From assembly GCA_951406725.2 (NCBI GenBank), contig OX597814.1:221526001-221590000 (forward strand): a stretch of DNA of 64,000 nt, written 5' to 3'. A model generated the notes under the pieces. It saw only the letters and a list, made by a program, of their open reading frames with translations, searched no databases and had not been told where the DNA came from. Each line of letters begins with the position of its first letter. The first letter of the stretch is position 1. The position numbers and the translations under genes are program-made. Source of the stretch: Octopus vulgaris (lineage: Eukaryota). Positions 1 through 14,213 of this stretch are shown piece by piece.

Positions 1-1075
1 TTTCTTTCTAGCAATCCCTTTATACCCGAACCCTATCTTTCTGATAATATTCAGCGAATTGCATGCTGTACACGATGTTCTGTATATGTTTCTTTGTTTC
101 ATCGGGTTTGCATATTTGGGGACACACTGTTCATTATCCTAAGTCTGCTACCAGTATGTTGATTTTCATATTGTGTGACAAAGCTGAGTTCTTGTGAACA
201 ACATATTTAGAGGCTATGGGTTTCATGTAATAGGAGTGGATGAGCTGCATTCTGTTGCTCACAGTCTCTAACCAAAATTCAGTATCAAGGACAAGGAATC
301 TATTGTTAGGGTGCCTAATGCGGTAATCGATAATTACCCTGATACTTTGATGGATGGAGTTTGCTACTTGCTGGATGATCTCCATTATGCTCCTCTCGGT
401 TTCTACATTACAGATACTAGAATTTGTACTAACTAGAATATTAATGCCATCTACATACCTACAGTGTACCAAAATAGTTGTGGATTGTTCCGACAAGGAT
501 TGTCTAAGTTTTCTGTCACACCAGGTCATGAAGAGCCCGGTCACTTCTCCATCCGCACCGACACCAATGGCTGCATCTTGAACATGCATGTATAGTTTCT
601 TGTTAAACTATACTATGTGGTTTTTCGAAATGGTTCTTATGCTAGCCCCTATTGCATGCTCAGTCATGCTTTTCACCTGACTGTTGCTCTTATGGTCCTG
701 TGTTGGTATGGTCCAGCTACTCAAGTGCTCTGCGGTGTTTGCTTTCACTGCTGAGGTGATAGTGAGTGGTCTTCTCCTCTGTGACCTGGTGCGGCAGAAT
801 CCACAAAGGTCATGGTTGTCTAGGTAGTTAGTCATAACTTAGTTTAAGGAGGAGGCCCAGTTCCCTCGTGTTGACTTCACGGAACTCTACTTCACTCTCA
901 CAGATAATCTCAATGACTTTTTCCACAGCAAAATCTATGTCTATAGATGGGTAGAGTGAAACTAATCCATACTACCCACAGCATAATCTGTGAGGTCAAT
1001 GGAGTAGTTGCAATTATTGATTCTACTGAGAAGATCCTCCATGCTCACACAGACATGTGGGGACATTTTAATGAG
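1..1075 (-). mobile_element. Penelope-like element (PLE) reverse transcriptase, frameshifted fossil
   Basis: Minus-strand peptides across frames: VGSMD/VSLYPSIDIDFAVEKVIEII (~980-900), AAIGVGADGEVTGLFM, RYVDGI (YVDD equivalent), FLVLD, YYMKP..SKYVVHKNSALSHNMKINIL. These match the PLE RT core and thumb. Confidence 0.75.
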
Positions 1076-1180
1076 TGGTCATAACACCTGTGAGATGTCG
1101 TTGGGTAATTTATAATTGCTGGAGATATTCCCATGTGTGCATTGAGGAGTTTTCCACTCCTTCATGTTTAATGTTAACAT

Positions 1181-1258
1181 GCATGTATGTATGTATGTAT
1201 GTATGTATGTATGTATGTATGTATGTATGTATGTATGTATGTATGTATGTATGTATGC
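1181..1258. repeat. (ATGT)n microsatellite
   Basis: Direct tandem repeat. Confidence 0.97.
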
Positions 1259-1369
1259 ATGCATGTAAGTAGCAGTTGAAAAATATATTTGGTCTTAGCT
1301 ATTCAATTACTACTCCTCTCTACCTAATTAATGGCTACACCTTAATCAGTGATACTGAGATGTGCAGCT

Positions 1370-1710
1370 TTCTACAGTTCTTTAGCATAATCCATTCTCA
1401 ACAGAAGAGAATGTTATATACACCTACCACAGCGCCATGTTTTTAGAGAATGGATGATAATCGTAACAGATAGGAAGTCTATATTTCCATTAAGCAAATC
1501 AACAAACAAGGCAAAACAGGAGCGGATGGTCTACCAGCTGAGGTCTATAGGTAGGATGGGGATATTTTAATTGATTTTAATTGATTATGAACGAACACTA
1601 ATTGTAAACGGATGAAATTGCTCACCGTTTCCATAGGAATCTAAACATGCAATACGGTTTTTACTGTACAAGAGTAAAGGTACAGAATCAAGCCGCGGTA
1701 GCTTTCGTGC
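1370..1710 (+). mobile_element. RTE-clade LINE RT fragment, decayed
   Basis: GKTGADGLPAEVYR (K.PG.DG.P.E motif), then LLYKSKG..SSRGSFR resembling LYK.KG...C.NYR. Confidence 0.55.
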
Positions 1711-2648
1711 TTCATTTTCCCCTGGTATTCTTTCTGCTTTATTGCTTTCCTGATTTTAATTTTACTGCATTGGTGAATTGCTTCCGGTTCTGTTAGCCTT
1801 AATTTCTTCATATCCTGTTTTATTATGAAATGTGAAGAAGGGCTAGAATGTCATTATAGAGCCAGGTTTTGTTCGCAGTTTTAAGGTTGAGGTATAAAGT
1901 GCATTCTGTTAGCATGAATGGGATATATCCTTCTAGAAAGTTAAGGTTGCTTTATAATAACTTTTGTAACTGTATAATTTTAACATTTGTCCACATCGCA
2001 TATTATGCGTAGATTTTTGCGGATGGTTTGTTAACAGCTTGAACTTGGGTGACATCAACACCGAATAGTGATTCTTCCTGATTTCTACACCGAGACGTTT
2101 TTACTGTCGTCCTTATTAAAAACTGAATTTGAACTTTTGAGATCGGAGTACGACGTCGATCTGGTTACATTCTTTAATATAAGTTTTCGTGCAAGTAGTG
2201 TACCAGTTAGAGTAAGCTAGGATGTAAAAGTTGCAGTTAACGGTCATTTGTTTTTGGATTCCTAAAACGCTCCAGTCATGTGAATCGGGACCTGTTACAG
2301 TCTCACCACAAAAGATGTGAGTGTTTCTCTCTGGGGCTGGTGTAATCCTATTCTGTGTGTATTCATTGGACTTAGTTTCATCATCGTCGTAGTCAAGAGC
2401 CGAATACATATATGTATGCATCAATGCTTTTATGCATATATAAAGAGAAAAACAACTGGTCTTAAATCTCTGAGCTAGAGACATGTAGTAACAGTACCGA
2501 ATAGTAAAGTTTATTTGCCAACAAAATGTGGCAGTCCTATACAAGGACGATGCCACAGTTGTTTAGCCCCAGGGAAAATCTTTTTCAGCTGGAAAACATT
2601 TTTCGTTGGGCTAAACAAAAGTAACATCGTCCTTGTATAGGACTGCCC

Positions 2649-2696
<48 letters not shown>

Positions 2697-3026
2697 AGTC
2701 ATATGAAGTTGAGACAAACTGTTAATTTGTAACTGCAACGAAATGTGTTGAGTATATATTCGTTCGCTTGTGCACTCACTCGTATACACACATGTGCACA
2801 CGCTCTTCACGCGCAACGGGTCACCATACAGGAAAAAATATTATTGTCACTAAATGCGGCTAAAAGCATCAAGACGCCTACACTGCTAGAAATAGAACGA
2901 AAGTACTTTAATGCATATATATATGCTCACAGGGGTTGCAATAGCCCCAAACATCGATACAAGAATTCAATGATTCACTGAATGTTCAATGTCGGCTAAT
3001 TTTGTAGGACTCTTCAGTAGGGACCA

Positions 3027-3071
<45 letters not shown>

Positions 3072-3078
<7 letters not shown>

Positions 3079-3305
3079 ACCAGACCATCAGATGCTGTTA
3101 CACATCGCTGGTCACAATGTGTTCGCATTGTTTTTTATCCTTCGAATGACGCCACTCCGCTGGCTAAGCGAGCAGGCCAACAGAAGAAAGAGTGGGAGAA
3201 AGAGTGGTGAAACAGTACAGCAGGGATCCCCCCCCTGCCGGACCCTCGTGGAGCTTTTAGGTGTTTTTTGCTCAATAAACACTCACAACGCCCGGTCTGG
3301 GAATA
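3072..3305 (-). mobile_element. SINE-like interspersed repeat inserted in (TA)n
   Basis: GC-richer 230-bp block between (TA)n tracts; minus strand begins ATTCCCAGACCGGGCG, like the end of a B-box/tRNA head. Confidence 0.45.
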
Positions 3306-3332
3306 TATATATATATATATGCATGCGTATGT

Positions 3333-3369
<37 letters not shown>

Positions 3370-4714
3370 CTGGTATATGCGTTTTACGTATATTCATATG
3401 GTGTATTCAGTGAAATTGGAAGCGACGAATCGACGAATTACACAATTATCTCACCTGACCATTCTAAATTTTTTCAGATAACATTTCAAACTATATCGTT
3501 AACCCGCCCAGAATTTGGTCTCCTTGATAACTTATCTAGCATTTTATGTATCTTAGTTCTCAGTCTTAATAGGCGTGGTTCTGTATTTTCTCTTGTTTGC
3601 ATATGAGAACACGTTAGAAGTGCAGAATAATACTGCAATGCACTACTACAGTAAAATGTTTTACTATATTGCAATGTTCTTCTACTAAAGACAAAAGAAA
3701 AGTGAATCTACAGAAGATATACGTGTGTAGCACCATACATGTCTAAAACACACGAGAAGAAATAACAGGATTTTGTGGTATCAATCTGTCTTTCATTTTA
3801 GCTGCGAAGACAGAACAGCTAAGTGGCTTCACGGGCAAATCTACTATGTCTCGAAGAATTACAAGCATCACAGTGATCTGAACGTGTCCCCCAACAAGGT
3901 CAACTTTGAGCGCAAAATCATTTCTAAGGTGACATTGAATCGCGGTGCTAAAAAGTCTTCAGATAACAAATTTCAAATCTTATACATCTTTGTAAATGTG
4001 CCTGTCTTCCACATAACCGTTTGATAATAACTGCTGGCGAAATCTGGTGTTTACAACCGTAACCTATTTCAAAGTCGCAACTCTCCACCAGATTCGGTCT
4101 CGGCATGAGTGCCAACTTTTCAGCTACGTTGCCTGCTTTTGACCATATCAACATGGAAGCATTGCAGTTAGACTTCTGTTTTAGAAATTGATTATATTAG
4201 CGTATATTCACAGCAGTTTAAATCTCAGATTACAAACAGGTAATTCTGTAAAGTCACATTTAGACTCATAAACCAATTTTTATACGAAAAATAATTTTTG
4301 ATTCACGTAAGATAAAATCGGTGGGAAATATTGCAGCCATTTCCGCAATATTTACAGCAAATTATTTTCTATGTTAATAATCTTTTATTTCTAATTTATT
4401 ATATATTCTACCATAGTTACCGCCTTTATCACTTATATCCTTTTTATTCATTCACCAGCTATCACTATTTGCACATTTGGTTTAGTTTAGCTTATTTTAT
4501 CATTCATTACGCATAGAGATCACCCCATTGCTTCATACAGAGACATATATCACTATTTATTTTAATGTCATTTAACTAATTCATGTTGATAACCATCAGT
4601 AACTCACACTTGTACGGGTATTCATATTCCTTATGCATATATCCGTGAAAATGTGTGTGCGTATGTATGTATGTGTTTGTATAAATATATATGTATAGAT
4701 ATGTGTATATATAT

Positions 4715-4759
<45 letters not shown>

Positions 4760-4762
<3 letters not shown>

Positions 4763-5126
4763 CAGTATCGCCCGGCGTTGCTCAGGTTTGTAAGGGAAAT
4801 AACTATAAAGCATTTTTAGAGAGTTATAGCCAAAAAATAGCAAAAAAATGGAAAAAAAATTATGGTAATTTTTTGGGGAGATTTAAAAAAGGTGGAGTTG
4901 CGTCCCCTAGACAGTTTGTGGTTCGTGTTTCTAATTCTCGACCCCATGTCGAATTTGTCGATTTTTTTCAGAACTGGGGGAACTTTTCAAAATTTTCGCT
5001 GCGTTAGTTTTGAATTATGACATTGGGCTATGTGTGTGTCAAGTTTCATCAGAATCGGTTGAAAGCCGTGGTCAGGGTGAGGGTACAAGCAAACAGACAC
5101 ACAGAAACACGCACAGACAAACTGCC

Positions 5127-5130
<4 letters not shown>
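4760..5130 (+). mobile_element. Non-autonomous Helitron/Helentron derivative (Lep1/HINE-like)
   Basis: 5' TAGC..CGCCCGGCGTTGCTCAGG hairpin, 3' AAGTTTCATCAGAATCGG followed by ACAGAC-type mini-repeats, (TA)n on both flanks, no distinct TSD. Confidence 0.65.
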
Positions 5131-5179
<49 letters not shown>

Positions 5180-5815
5180 TGTGTGCATGTCTGCATATAT
5201 TTATGCGTGTGTACGTAGAAGTGTTTGTCAGTTGGTATTTATGTTCTCAGGTGGGAATATGAAGACACACCAGTGTCTGCATAGGGTAGAATCACGCATG
5301 CGTGTGAATACAGATGGATAAGCATGACATGTATATAGGGTTATGCGCATGCACGCGGACATTATATGTTGATAATCAAACGCTTGAGCAGTGGGTGTAT
5401 ATGACTGAGTGCATAATGTCTATTCCATGCAACTTTGTATGGCAGTATAAGTATTAATTATATGTAGGCAAGGTAATCCGTGTACGAAGGTAAGAGAATG
5501 ATCACATGTATGCTTGCAGATACAAATATATATGGTAAAGCAAGTGTGGAAACTTGCAGGAAAATCTATCTTCTTCAACTACTACATGCGGACAAACTAC
5601 TACATGCGGACAAACATTTATTTGTGCTTTACTGCGATTTGTCAAACAGTATCTATATTCTTATTTACCAACCATTGTATCACATTTTCTACGTTAATAC
5701 ATCATTTTATTATCTTTAATAATTCATATATCAACAACACCATATGACCTCTTCTCGTTGCGTGAAATATTTCCCACATTTCATACAGCACTATGTCAAT
5801 TCATGATAAAATATA

Positions 5816-6049
5816 TATTTCTTTACTACCCACAAGGGGCTAAACATAGAGGGGACAAACAAGGACAGACAAAGGGATTAAGTCGATTACATCGACCCCA
5901 GTGCGTAACTGGTACTTAATTTATCGACCCCGAAAGGATGAAAGGCAAAGTCGACCTCGGCGGAATTTGAACCCAGAACACTTAACGGCAGACGAAATAC
6001 GGCTACGCATTTCGCCCGACGTGCTAACGTTTCTACCAGCTCGCCGCCT
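5816..6049 (-). mobile_element. tRNA-derived SINE with Nin/Deu-like core, full length, 17-bp TSD
   Basis: Head GGCGGCGAGCTGGTAGAAACGTTAG..GGTTCAAATTCC; core GCCTTTCATCCTTTCGGGGTCGATAAATTAAGTACCAG; TSD ATTCATGATAAAATATA at 5799-5815 and 6050-6066. Confidence 0.88.
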
Positions 6050-6434
6050 ATTCATGATAAAATATAGAAGAAAAGGCATACTTACACCCTCACAGTATGT
6101 GCAGCCAAGCATTGAAAGATAGAAAAATAATACTAATCCTCAGTAACTATCAAACATCTTTTTTAAACACTCCTACATCCTTCTTAACAAACTTTGCAGC
6201 CTTTCCGCATTATTTGCTTATTTCCTTATAAAGATTTTTCAGTCACAGTTCTTTTCCCCGCCAGCGAAATGGTATATATACTGTTAGCCTTCGCTCTAAT
6301 CAACAGTACTGTCCAACGACTGGAAATATGAAGTTTGGTCTAAGATTAAGAGAATATTTTTGCCTCTAATAAGTATGTTTATCTCGTAAAGAGTATACTC
6401 TCCTTCGTCTTAATGCAGTATTTTGTGTCTCAAT

Positions 6435-6586
6435 ACACACCCACGTACACACACACAAGCGCACACATGCACAATCTTACACATACACACACAAACGTAC
6501 ATGTGCGCAATATTACACAAACACACATACATACACACACATAATATACATATATATATATGTGTGTGTGTGTATATATATGTGTT

Positions 6587-6685
<99 letters not shown>

Positions 6686-6715
6686 TTGTGTGTGTGTGTA
6701 TGTATGTATATATAT
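6435..6715. repeat. Compound (CA)n/(TA)n/(TG)n microsatellite
   Basis: Direct tandem repeats. Confidence 0.95.
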
Positions 6716-7572
6716 GATGCCGTCTATAGTGCTCGTTTATTTGCTCAGTTTTTACAGAATCGTATTTCGATATTATGCATAGCTTTAACAACAATATTTT
6801 CGTATTTTCTTTTGTAATCTTAAATTCCTTCGTACAATTCTTTTGGAATAAAGAATCATCGGTTTTTGTTCTTGCTTTAAGAAGACAGTGGATTAAGTGA
6901 ATATACTAGGTGGCAAAGAAAATTAGTTACTTGCTGTCACCTATGTCACTTACTGCTGTGAGTTCTGAAACTACTAGAGCCAATTTTGTCTTACGTCATT
7001 CTCAGGCAGATAAAATAAAGGCTGATGTATTTGAAATAACGGTTTATGTAGTGCTGGCTCAATATAATCCGACACATACTCTCACAAGATCTGTGGCCTT
7101 CTGCACTTGCACTCATGTCGAACACATTATTATTGTTGTAGGTTAATGCTCGGTCTTATTTCTCAAATACGTCCTTGGCATCCTTAACGCTCTCGGATTT
7201 CATTTTTTTCTCTTATCTAGCCAGTCTTACCCTGCATTCATCTCTTGAACTGAACTCGTTGTTATCATTTTCGACTGATATCACTTTCAAGTTTGTTATT
7301 AGGAAACGAAAAAATCATGTTTTATAATCACCTGATCAGTGGGTACAAAACCAGCCTAGATTATCTTTTTCCCTGCTGTTCATTGCATAGATATTTTATA
7401 CGTCGAATCTCGATTTCGTTTGGAGTCAGTTTCTGTTTGATAGCTTATTCGCATTTGCTAAAATGATATAGTTGTTCAGCATCCTATATATATTTCACCA
7501 TAAATATAGAATCTCATGTGTTAAGTATGTACATATCACATAATATGTGTATATACATGTATATATATATAG

Positions 7573-7626
<54 letters not shown>

Positions 7627-8134
7627 GCATGTATGTATGCATGTATCATAAAGCCATCTCTCAAAACGAGCGCTGCCAAGGCTTCAGATAGTAGATAACT
7701 GATCAATTCAATACGTTAAGTCCTGTGAATCTATGCGCGTGTCGGTAATTAACTGCCTATCTACGCAAGCAAAATAACACACCGGCACGCACAGAAATTC
7801 GTACACGGAAAATACATATACAGAGGTAAATGGATGAATCGAAAGATAAATAGAAGTTGCTCCTTCGGTGTTCCTTCGACTCCATCACAACTTCAAGGCC
7901 CAGTCCCATATATAAAAAGAGACGAAATACCAAATCAAGGGTGGTCAAAAGTTGAACGAAGCACTTGCAATGACACAAATAAATGAAGTTGGACATGATT
8001 GAGAGCAGGGTTAGAGCATCGGACAAAGCGACTTACGCTGCTTGTATTGATATACTACATTCAGAATTGAAATCCCTCTGTGGTCAATTTCCATTTTATT
8101 TCACGGGGGTTTAGAAAAGTATAATATCCATTAA

Positions 8135-8372
8135 GTAAGTCGCTGAAAAATGTGCTAGTAGTACCAATAACTGTCGGAGCCCTGGGAGCATAAAGTAAAA
8201 ATCTTGAGAAGTACATGGAACAAATAGGAGCTACAATACAGTTGGAGCACTTGCAAAAACAAGATCTATTTAGAACCGCTCATATACTCCGGATGATGCT
8301 CGAAAAATAAGGGGCGTTAGTAAACAGCTGACACCATAGTACATCACCGGCGTGAGAAGCTGTGCAAAGACA
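8135..8372 (+). mobile_element. R4/Dong-clade retrotransposon 3' fragment, lineage C
   Basis: VVPITVGALG..SKNLEKYMEQIG..LQK..RTAHILRMMLEK*, short 3' UTR, then (AAT)n; similar to 29895-30140. Confidence 0.75.
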
Positions 8373-8402
8373 ATATAATAATAGATAATAATAATAATAA
8401 TG

Positions 8403-8439
<37 letters not shown>

Positions 8440-8494
8440 CAACAACAACAACAATAAAAATAATAACAACAATAACAATAACATCAACGACTAA

Positions 8495-8542
<48 letters not shown>

Positions 8543-8546
<4 letters not shown>

Positions 8547-8850
8547 GTGGCAGATTCCTACCTAGCCCAGATACCAGGTAACCCCAAAATGACAGAAATT
8601 CAAAACATAGTGCAAATGGGAACTGCCCATATCCTATGTAAAATATTATCTATGTAATCTCAAATTTTAAAGCAAACTTAAAATGTTCTTATATTTTCTT
8701 AAACATTCTCTAGAACAATACTATGCGCAAAACCAAATATATGACAGCCTAGGCATAACACAAACATGAACTTTTAACTTGTTGTCTCTAGAGGTCTCTG
8801 AGTGCGACTTGAAGTCGAATTGTGCAAATACAAAGCAAACGTCAAAATAT
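8543..8850 (+). mobile_element. R4/Dong 3' fragment, lineage A
   Basis: ADSYLAQIPGNPKMTEIQNIVQMGTAHILCKILSM* plus 3' UTR matching 42640-42969; (AAT)n on both sides. Confidence 0.88.
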
Positions 8851-8853
8851 AAT

Positions 8854-8933
<80 letters not shown>

Positions 8934-8935
8934 TG

Positions 8936-9029
<94 letters not shown>

Positions 9030-9045
9030 TAATAATAATATTAAC

Positions 9046-9601
9046 TGCTCTGATGCAGTACCAGGCAGTGACTCTCGTGGCTTCTGATTTTAACTGATTG
9101 GAAGTGTCATCACGTACATTGCCTTGCCTTGGTATAAAAGATGGGCTAGAGCAAATATTCTGCTCAATACCACAGATTTGCTTGTCAGTTGTTTGACCTT
9201 AACCAGCTGAGCATGTCCCTTAATGCCTGGCAATATGTACATCTCTTATCACGAGCAGAAGTAGTGGGGGAGCATCATATCCATGTGTTGAGAGGGATTC
9301 TTTGTGGTTTGAATAACTTACCTCTGGAAACACGGGTGTTTCGTTCAACATCCTTAAACAACCCTTATTCAGGAACCTTTTGATCGCGATGGGTTACTCG
9401 ATCAGAAGAAAATTCTAACTGGACCCCACCTGCATGGTCATGTGCTGTTTATCTTGATATGAGATCACCATGTCGCGCACATATGGTTGTGATGCATGTG
9501 CCTAGTGTACCCTTATTAGACGGGTAGTCATGATGGGTATACTGGGCTTCGTATATTTTATCCCAGTGTAAACTTTGATGGCATTCACTGCTCTCTCACT
9601 C
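9046..9601 (+). mobile_element. Unclassified ~555-bp non-coding element in (AAT)n (element X), full copy
   Basis: Colinear end to end with 19610-20164; flanked by (AAT)n and (ACT)n/(AAT)n; no long ORF. Strand is set by AAT-tail polarity only. Confidence 0.8.
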
Positions 9602-9603
9602 AA

Positions 9604-9672
<69 letters not shown>

Positions 9673-9700
9673 AACTACTACTACTACTAATAATAATAAT

Positions 9701-9788
<88 letters not shown>

Positions 9789-10289
9789 GTAATAATGATC
9801 CATCCTACTGTAGATACAAGGCCTGACCTTCGGGGGTGAGTGCTTGTCAATTACATTGACTCCAGTGTTCACCCAGTCTTCATCCAGTCTTCATCCACTG
9901 TTCACCAGTGTCCACTTATTTTATCGCCCACTACCACCACCACCACCGAAATGATGAAAGTCTAAGTGGAATAGTGCATTTCTAACTTGTACACCAGCTC
10001 CACATTCATAAGGCAAACGCAAAGAACTTGACGGATGGTTTGATATTCATAACTGTTTCGGTTCGTTATCTAAATCAAAAGACTTGGATGCAAGACAAGA
10101 ATGGAACGCGTGTGGCAAACAGGCCTCTACAACGTGTTGGCCCCAAACGATAATAACTGATCGAACTAATAACGAAGATGATAATTATTAAAGCCAATTA
10201 TTTTCATCAATAATTACTATCAAATTAAGTGACAACAATAATTACAAACATTAAGTTACAATAATCATCAATTGCAAAGGTATTATTAT

Positions 10290-10474
10290 CATCTCTATCG
10301 TTTATATTATCAACATCGCCGGCGTTGTCATTGCCATCGTTGTCGTTGTCGTCATCATCACCATCACCCTTATCACCATCCGCATCCTCCTCATCATTAT
10401 CATCGTTATCGTCATTGCCGTCATCATCAACATCATCATCATCATCATCACCACCACCACCATCACCTCCACAA

Positions 10475-10536
<62 letters not shown>

Positions 10537-10747
10537 GAAGCAGCAGCATCGTCCTCGTCGTCACCACCGCCACCACCCAGATCTCCTTTTGATTATTGCC
10601 TTGATGAATCCATAAACATTAACACCAACGTGTGTGTTTCCTGTTTTGCTTAATATCTTTTTTTCAAGTCAGTGAGAATTTATTGAATAGAAAGTCGTTA
10701 TTTCCATCGCCACCAACAACATCATCATCATCATCATCATATACATT

Positions 10748-10791
<44 letters not shown>

Positions 10792-11027
10792 ATACATTAT
10801 CATCATCATCATCATTATCATCATCATCATCATCATCGGCAGCAGGAGCACGATCTTCAACAGCGTTCTTATTTGCAGCATTGTTATCATCATCGCTGTC
10901 ATTACTATCACATCCACTCTGATTCTTCGCTTATCTTCCTACTCCTCCCTCTTCCACCTCATTATCCTCAACATAATCACTATTGCTACTACCATCATTT
11001 TCATAATTATCATCATCATCATCGTCG

Positions 11028-11075
<48 letters not shown>

Positions 11076-11094
11076 CCACCGCCAACACCACCAC

Positions 11095-11150
<56 letters not shown>

Positions 11151-11805
11151 CCACCACCGCCAACACCACCACCATCATCATCATCATCATCATCATCATC
11201 ACCACCATCACCACCAACACCACCAACACCACCAACATCATCATCATCATCATCGTCGTCGTCGTCGTCGTCGTCATCATAATCAACATCATCATTTTTT
11301 ACAAAGCATCACAGTTATTACGATAATCATCAGTGCCATTACAAAGCATCATCATCTCTAAAGCAATAATTACGATGTCATCATCAACTTCATCATCACT
11401 ATCATCATCATCATCATTTTCATCATCACCGTTGTGGCCGACGTGTTGGTAATCATCATCATCACCAGTATTATTTCCACTCGCACCACCACCGTCACCA
11501 TCACTGTCATCACCACCGCTACCACCAACACCACCACCACCACCAGCACCACGACCACCACAACCACCAGCGCCACTACCACCATCACCACCACAACCAC
11601 CATCACCACAACCTCCACCGCCAACGCCAGCGCTACCACCATCTTAAATGCTCTACCGCAAATACCGCGACTACAAGGACCACTACCTTTTTCGCCGCGT
11701 AACACCTCCACATAAACATCATCATCATCATCATTATCACCACCATCACCATCATCATCATCATCACCATCACCATCATCATCATTGCGATTATTCATCA
11801 TTACC
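10290..11805. repeat. Large degenerate (CAT)n/(CAC)n/(CAG)n low-complexity region
   Basis: Trinucleotide tracts that generate spurious poly-H/S/I/M ORFs. Confidence 0.92.
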
Positions 11806-12221
11806 GTTCCCTGCGGCGTCGTGTGGTATGTCACAGATCACAGACATCACCTCCCATAACACGTAACACACAACGCCACGAGCATAATATAGCGAAGTTG
11901 TTGGCAGCCTTGTTTTTCTACCAAACCTTCAAAGTATATATGCATGATGAATCGATGCCATTTTTTAGTAACAATATTTAGTCTTTATTTATATGATTTA
12001 CTTAAGTCTATTTTTTTCCTTCCATTTTTTGTTTTATTATTATTCATTATTTATTGCTTATGTTTTGTTGTGTTGTGTTGTGTTTTGCTTGTAGCCAGAG
12101 TGAATTTATTGAATGGTATATCTTTCAAGTGTCGTTTAAAAGTCAAGCAAAGAAACTCACTTTCTTAGCAATATACACAAAAGCACTGAAACACACCCAC
12201 ACGGATTCATATGCATAGATA

Positions 12222-12273
<52 letters not shown>

Positions 12274-12443
12274 TAGGGGCACACAATGATACGCACACGC
12301 ATATGCTTCCAAAGTTATAAACTATAAAGAATAAAGCTATAATTTCTAAAGTATACTCTATGTAGAAATACGTACCTGCATAAATACAATATAAGTAAGT
12401 ACATAAATAATGCATACAAACACCTTGATACTTTCTTAGATAG

Positions 12444-12528
<85 letters not shown>

Positions 12529-12755
12529 TACATATACATATGTACATGCATGCATAAATGCTTATAAATGTATGTATAATGCAAACGTACACAAACGCAT
12601 ATATATCAATACGGACTAACAAGTATATATATATATATGTACGTATGATTATAAAATGCACACAGACGCATACATACATACATGTATACACACACGACAC
12701 AAGAATTCATTCTCATATTTTGTCTCTGTCGGTTATAAAGTCAAAGACTTAGTCA

Positions 12756-12823
<68 letters not shown>

Positions 12824-13052
12824 TTGTGTGTGTGTGTGTGCGTATGTATGTATGTAGGTTTCTATGTATAAAAGTATATATAGTGTTCTAGAATTACGTA
12901 AATCTTTGAATATATTTTGTCTAGGTATGTGTTATGTGTGTTTGCAAAGCTTGTTATGCACTCTTCCGTTTTAAAGAACAAAGAAGCGATAAAGCTATGA
13001 GCAGCAAATATATACACCAACTCCATCGAGAATATCAAAACATAATAACAAA

Positions 13053-13251
<199 letters not shown>

Positions 13252-13262
13252 GCAATAATCGT

Positions 13263-13413
13263 CACCAGTACCCAATTGTTGCTTAAACTATCGATCCCGA
13301 AGGGATGAAAGGCACAGTCGAGCTCGGCCGAATTTGAACTCAGAAGGTAACGACGGGCAAAATACCGCTAAGCATTCGGGCCGATGTGTTAAAGATTCTG
13401 CCAGCTCACCACC
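13263..13413 (-). mobile_element. Nin/Deu-like SINE 5' half
   Basis: Similar to 5900-6049. Confidence 0.7.
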
Positions 13414-13415
13414 TA

Positions 13416-13519
<104 letters not shown>

Positions 13520-13712
13520 GCAACCCTTATTCGGGGACCGTTTGAGCGGATGGCTACTCAACCTGAAGAAAATTCAAACTGGCCCACCTGCAAGGTCATT
13601 GCTGTTTATAATAATAATAATGCATGTGCCTTGTACCTTTATCAGACTAGTCATGATGGGTATATTGGCTGGATTTTACCCAGTGTCACTTTGATGCATG
13701 AACTGCCTTCAC
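13520..13712 (+). mobile_element. Element X, internally deleted 3' part
   Basis: Matches 9360-9601; an internal segment is replaced by a short (AAT)n; flanked by (AAT)n. Confidence 0.7.
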
Positions 13713-13713
13713 C

Positions 13714-13750
<37 letters not shown>

Positions 13751-13752
<2 letters not shown>

Positions 13753-14125
13753 TCAAACTGAAAGAAAGATAGATGTGAATAGGCCAGACATTACAATGAA
13801 AGACTTCAGCAAAAGAGGCTGCTAGCAAAAGAGGCTGATTCCTACATAGCTCAGATACTAGGAAACCCCAAAATGGAAGAAATTCAAAACATAGAGCTCA
13901 TGGGAACTGCCCATATCCTACGTAAAATACTGACTTTGTAATCTCAAATTTTAAAACAAACTTATAATTTCCTTGTGATTTTTTTAAACATTCTCTAGTA
14001 CAATACTATGTACAAAACAAAAAATATGACACCTTAGGCATAACACAAATATGAACTTCTAACTTGTTGTCTCTTGAAGTCTCTGAGTGAGACTGGAAGC
14101 CAAATACAAAGCTAAAGTCAAAATA
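13751..14125 (+). mobile_element. R4/Dong lineage A 3' pieces (two joined segments)
   Basis: IQTERKIDVNRPDITMKDF joined through duplicated AGCAAAAGAGGCTG to ADSYIAQILGNPKMEEIQ..GTAHILRKIL* plus lineage A 3' UTR. Confidence 0.85.
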
Positions 14126-14145
14126 TAATAATAATAATAATGATG

Positions 14146-14211
<66 letters not shown>

Positions 14212-14213
<2 letters not shown>

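Noticed and set aside
10272-11866. His/Ser/Thr-rich ORFs as a real protein
   Set aside because: Overlapping frames on both strands are open only because of CAT/CAC repeats; no domain or splice support.
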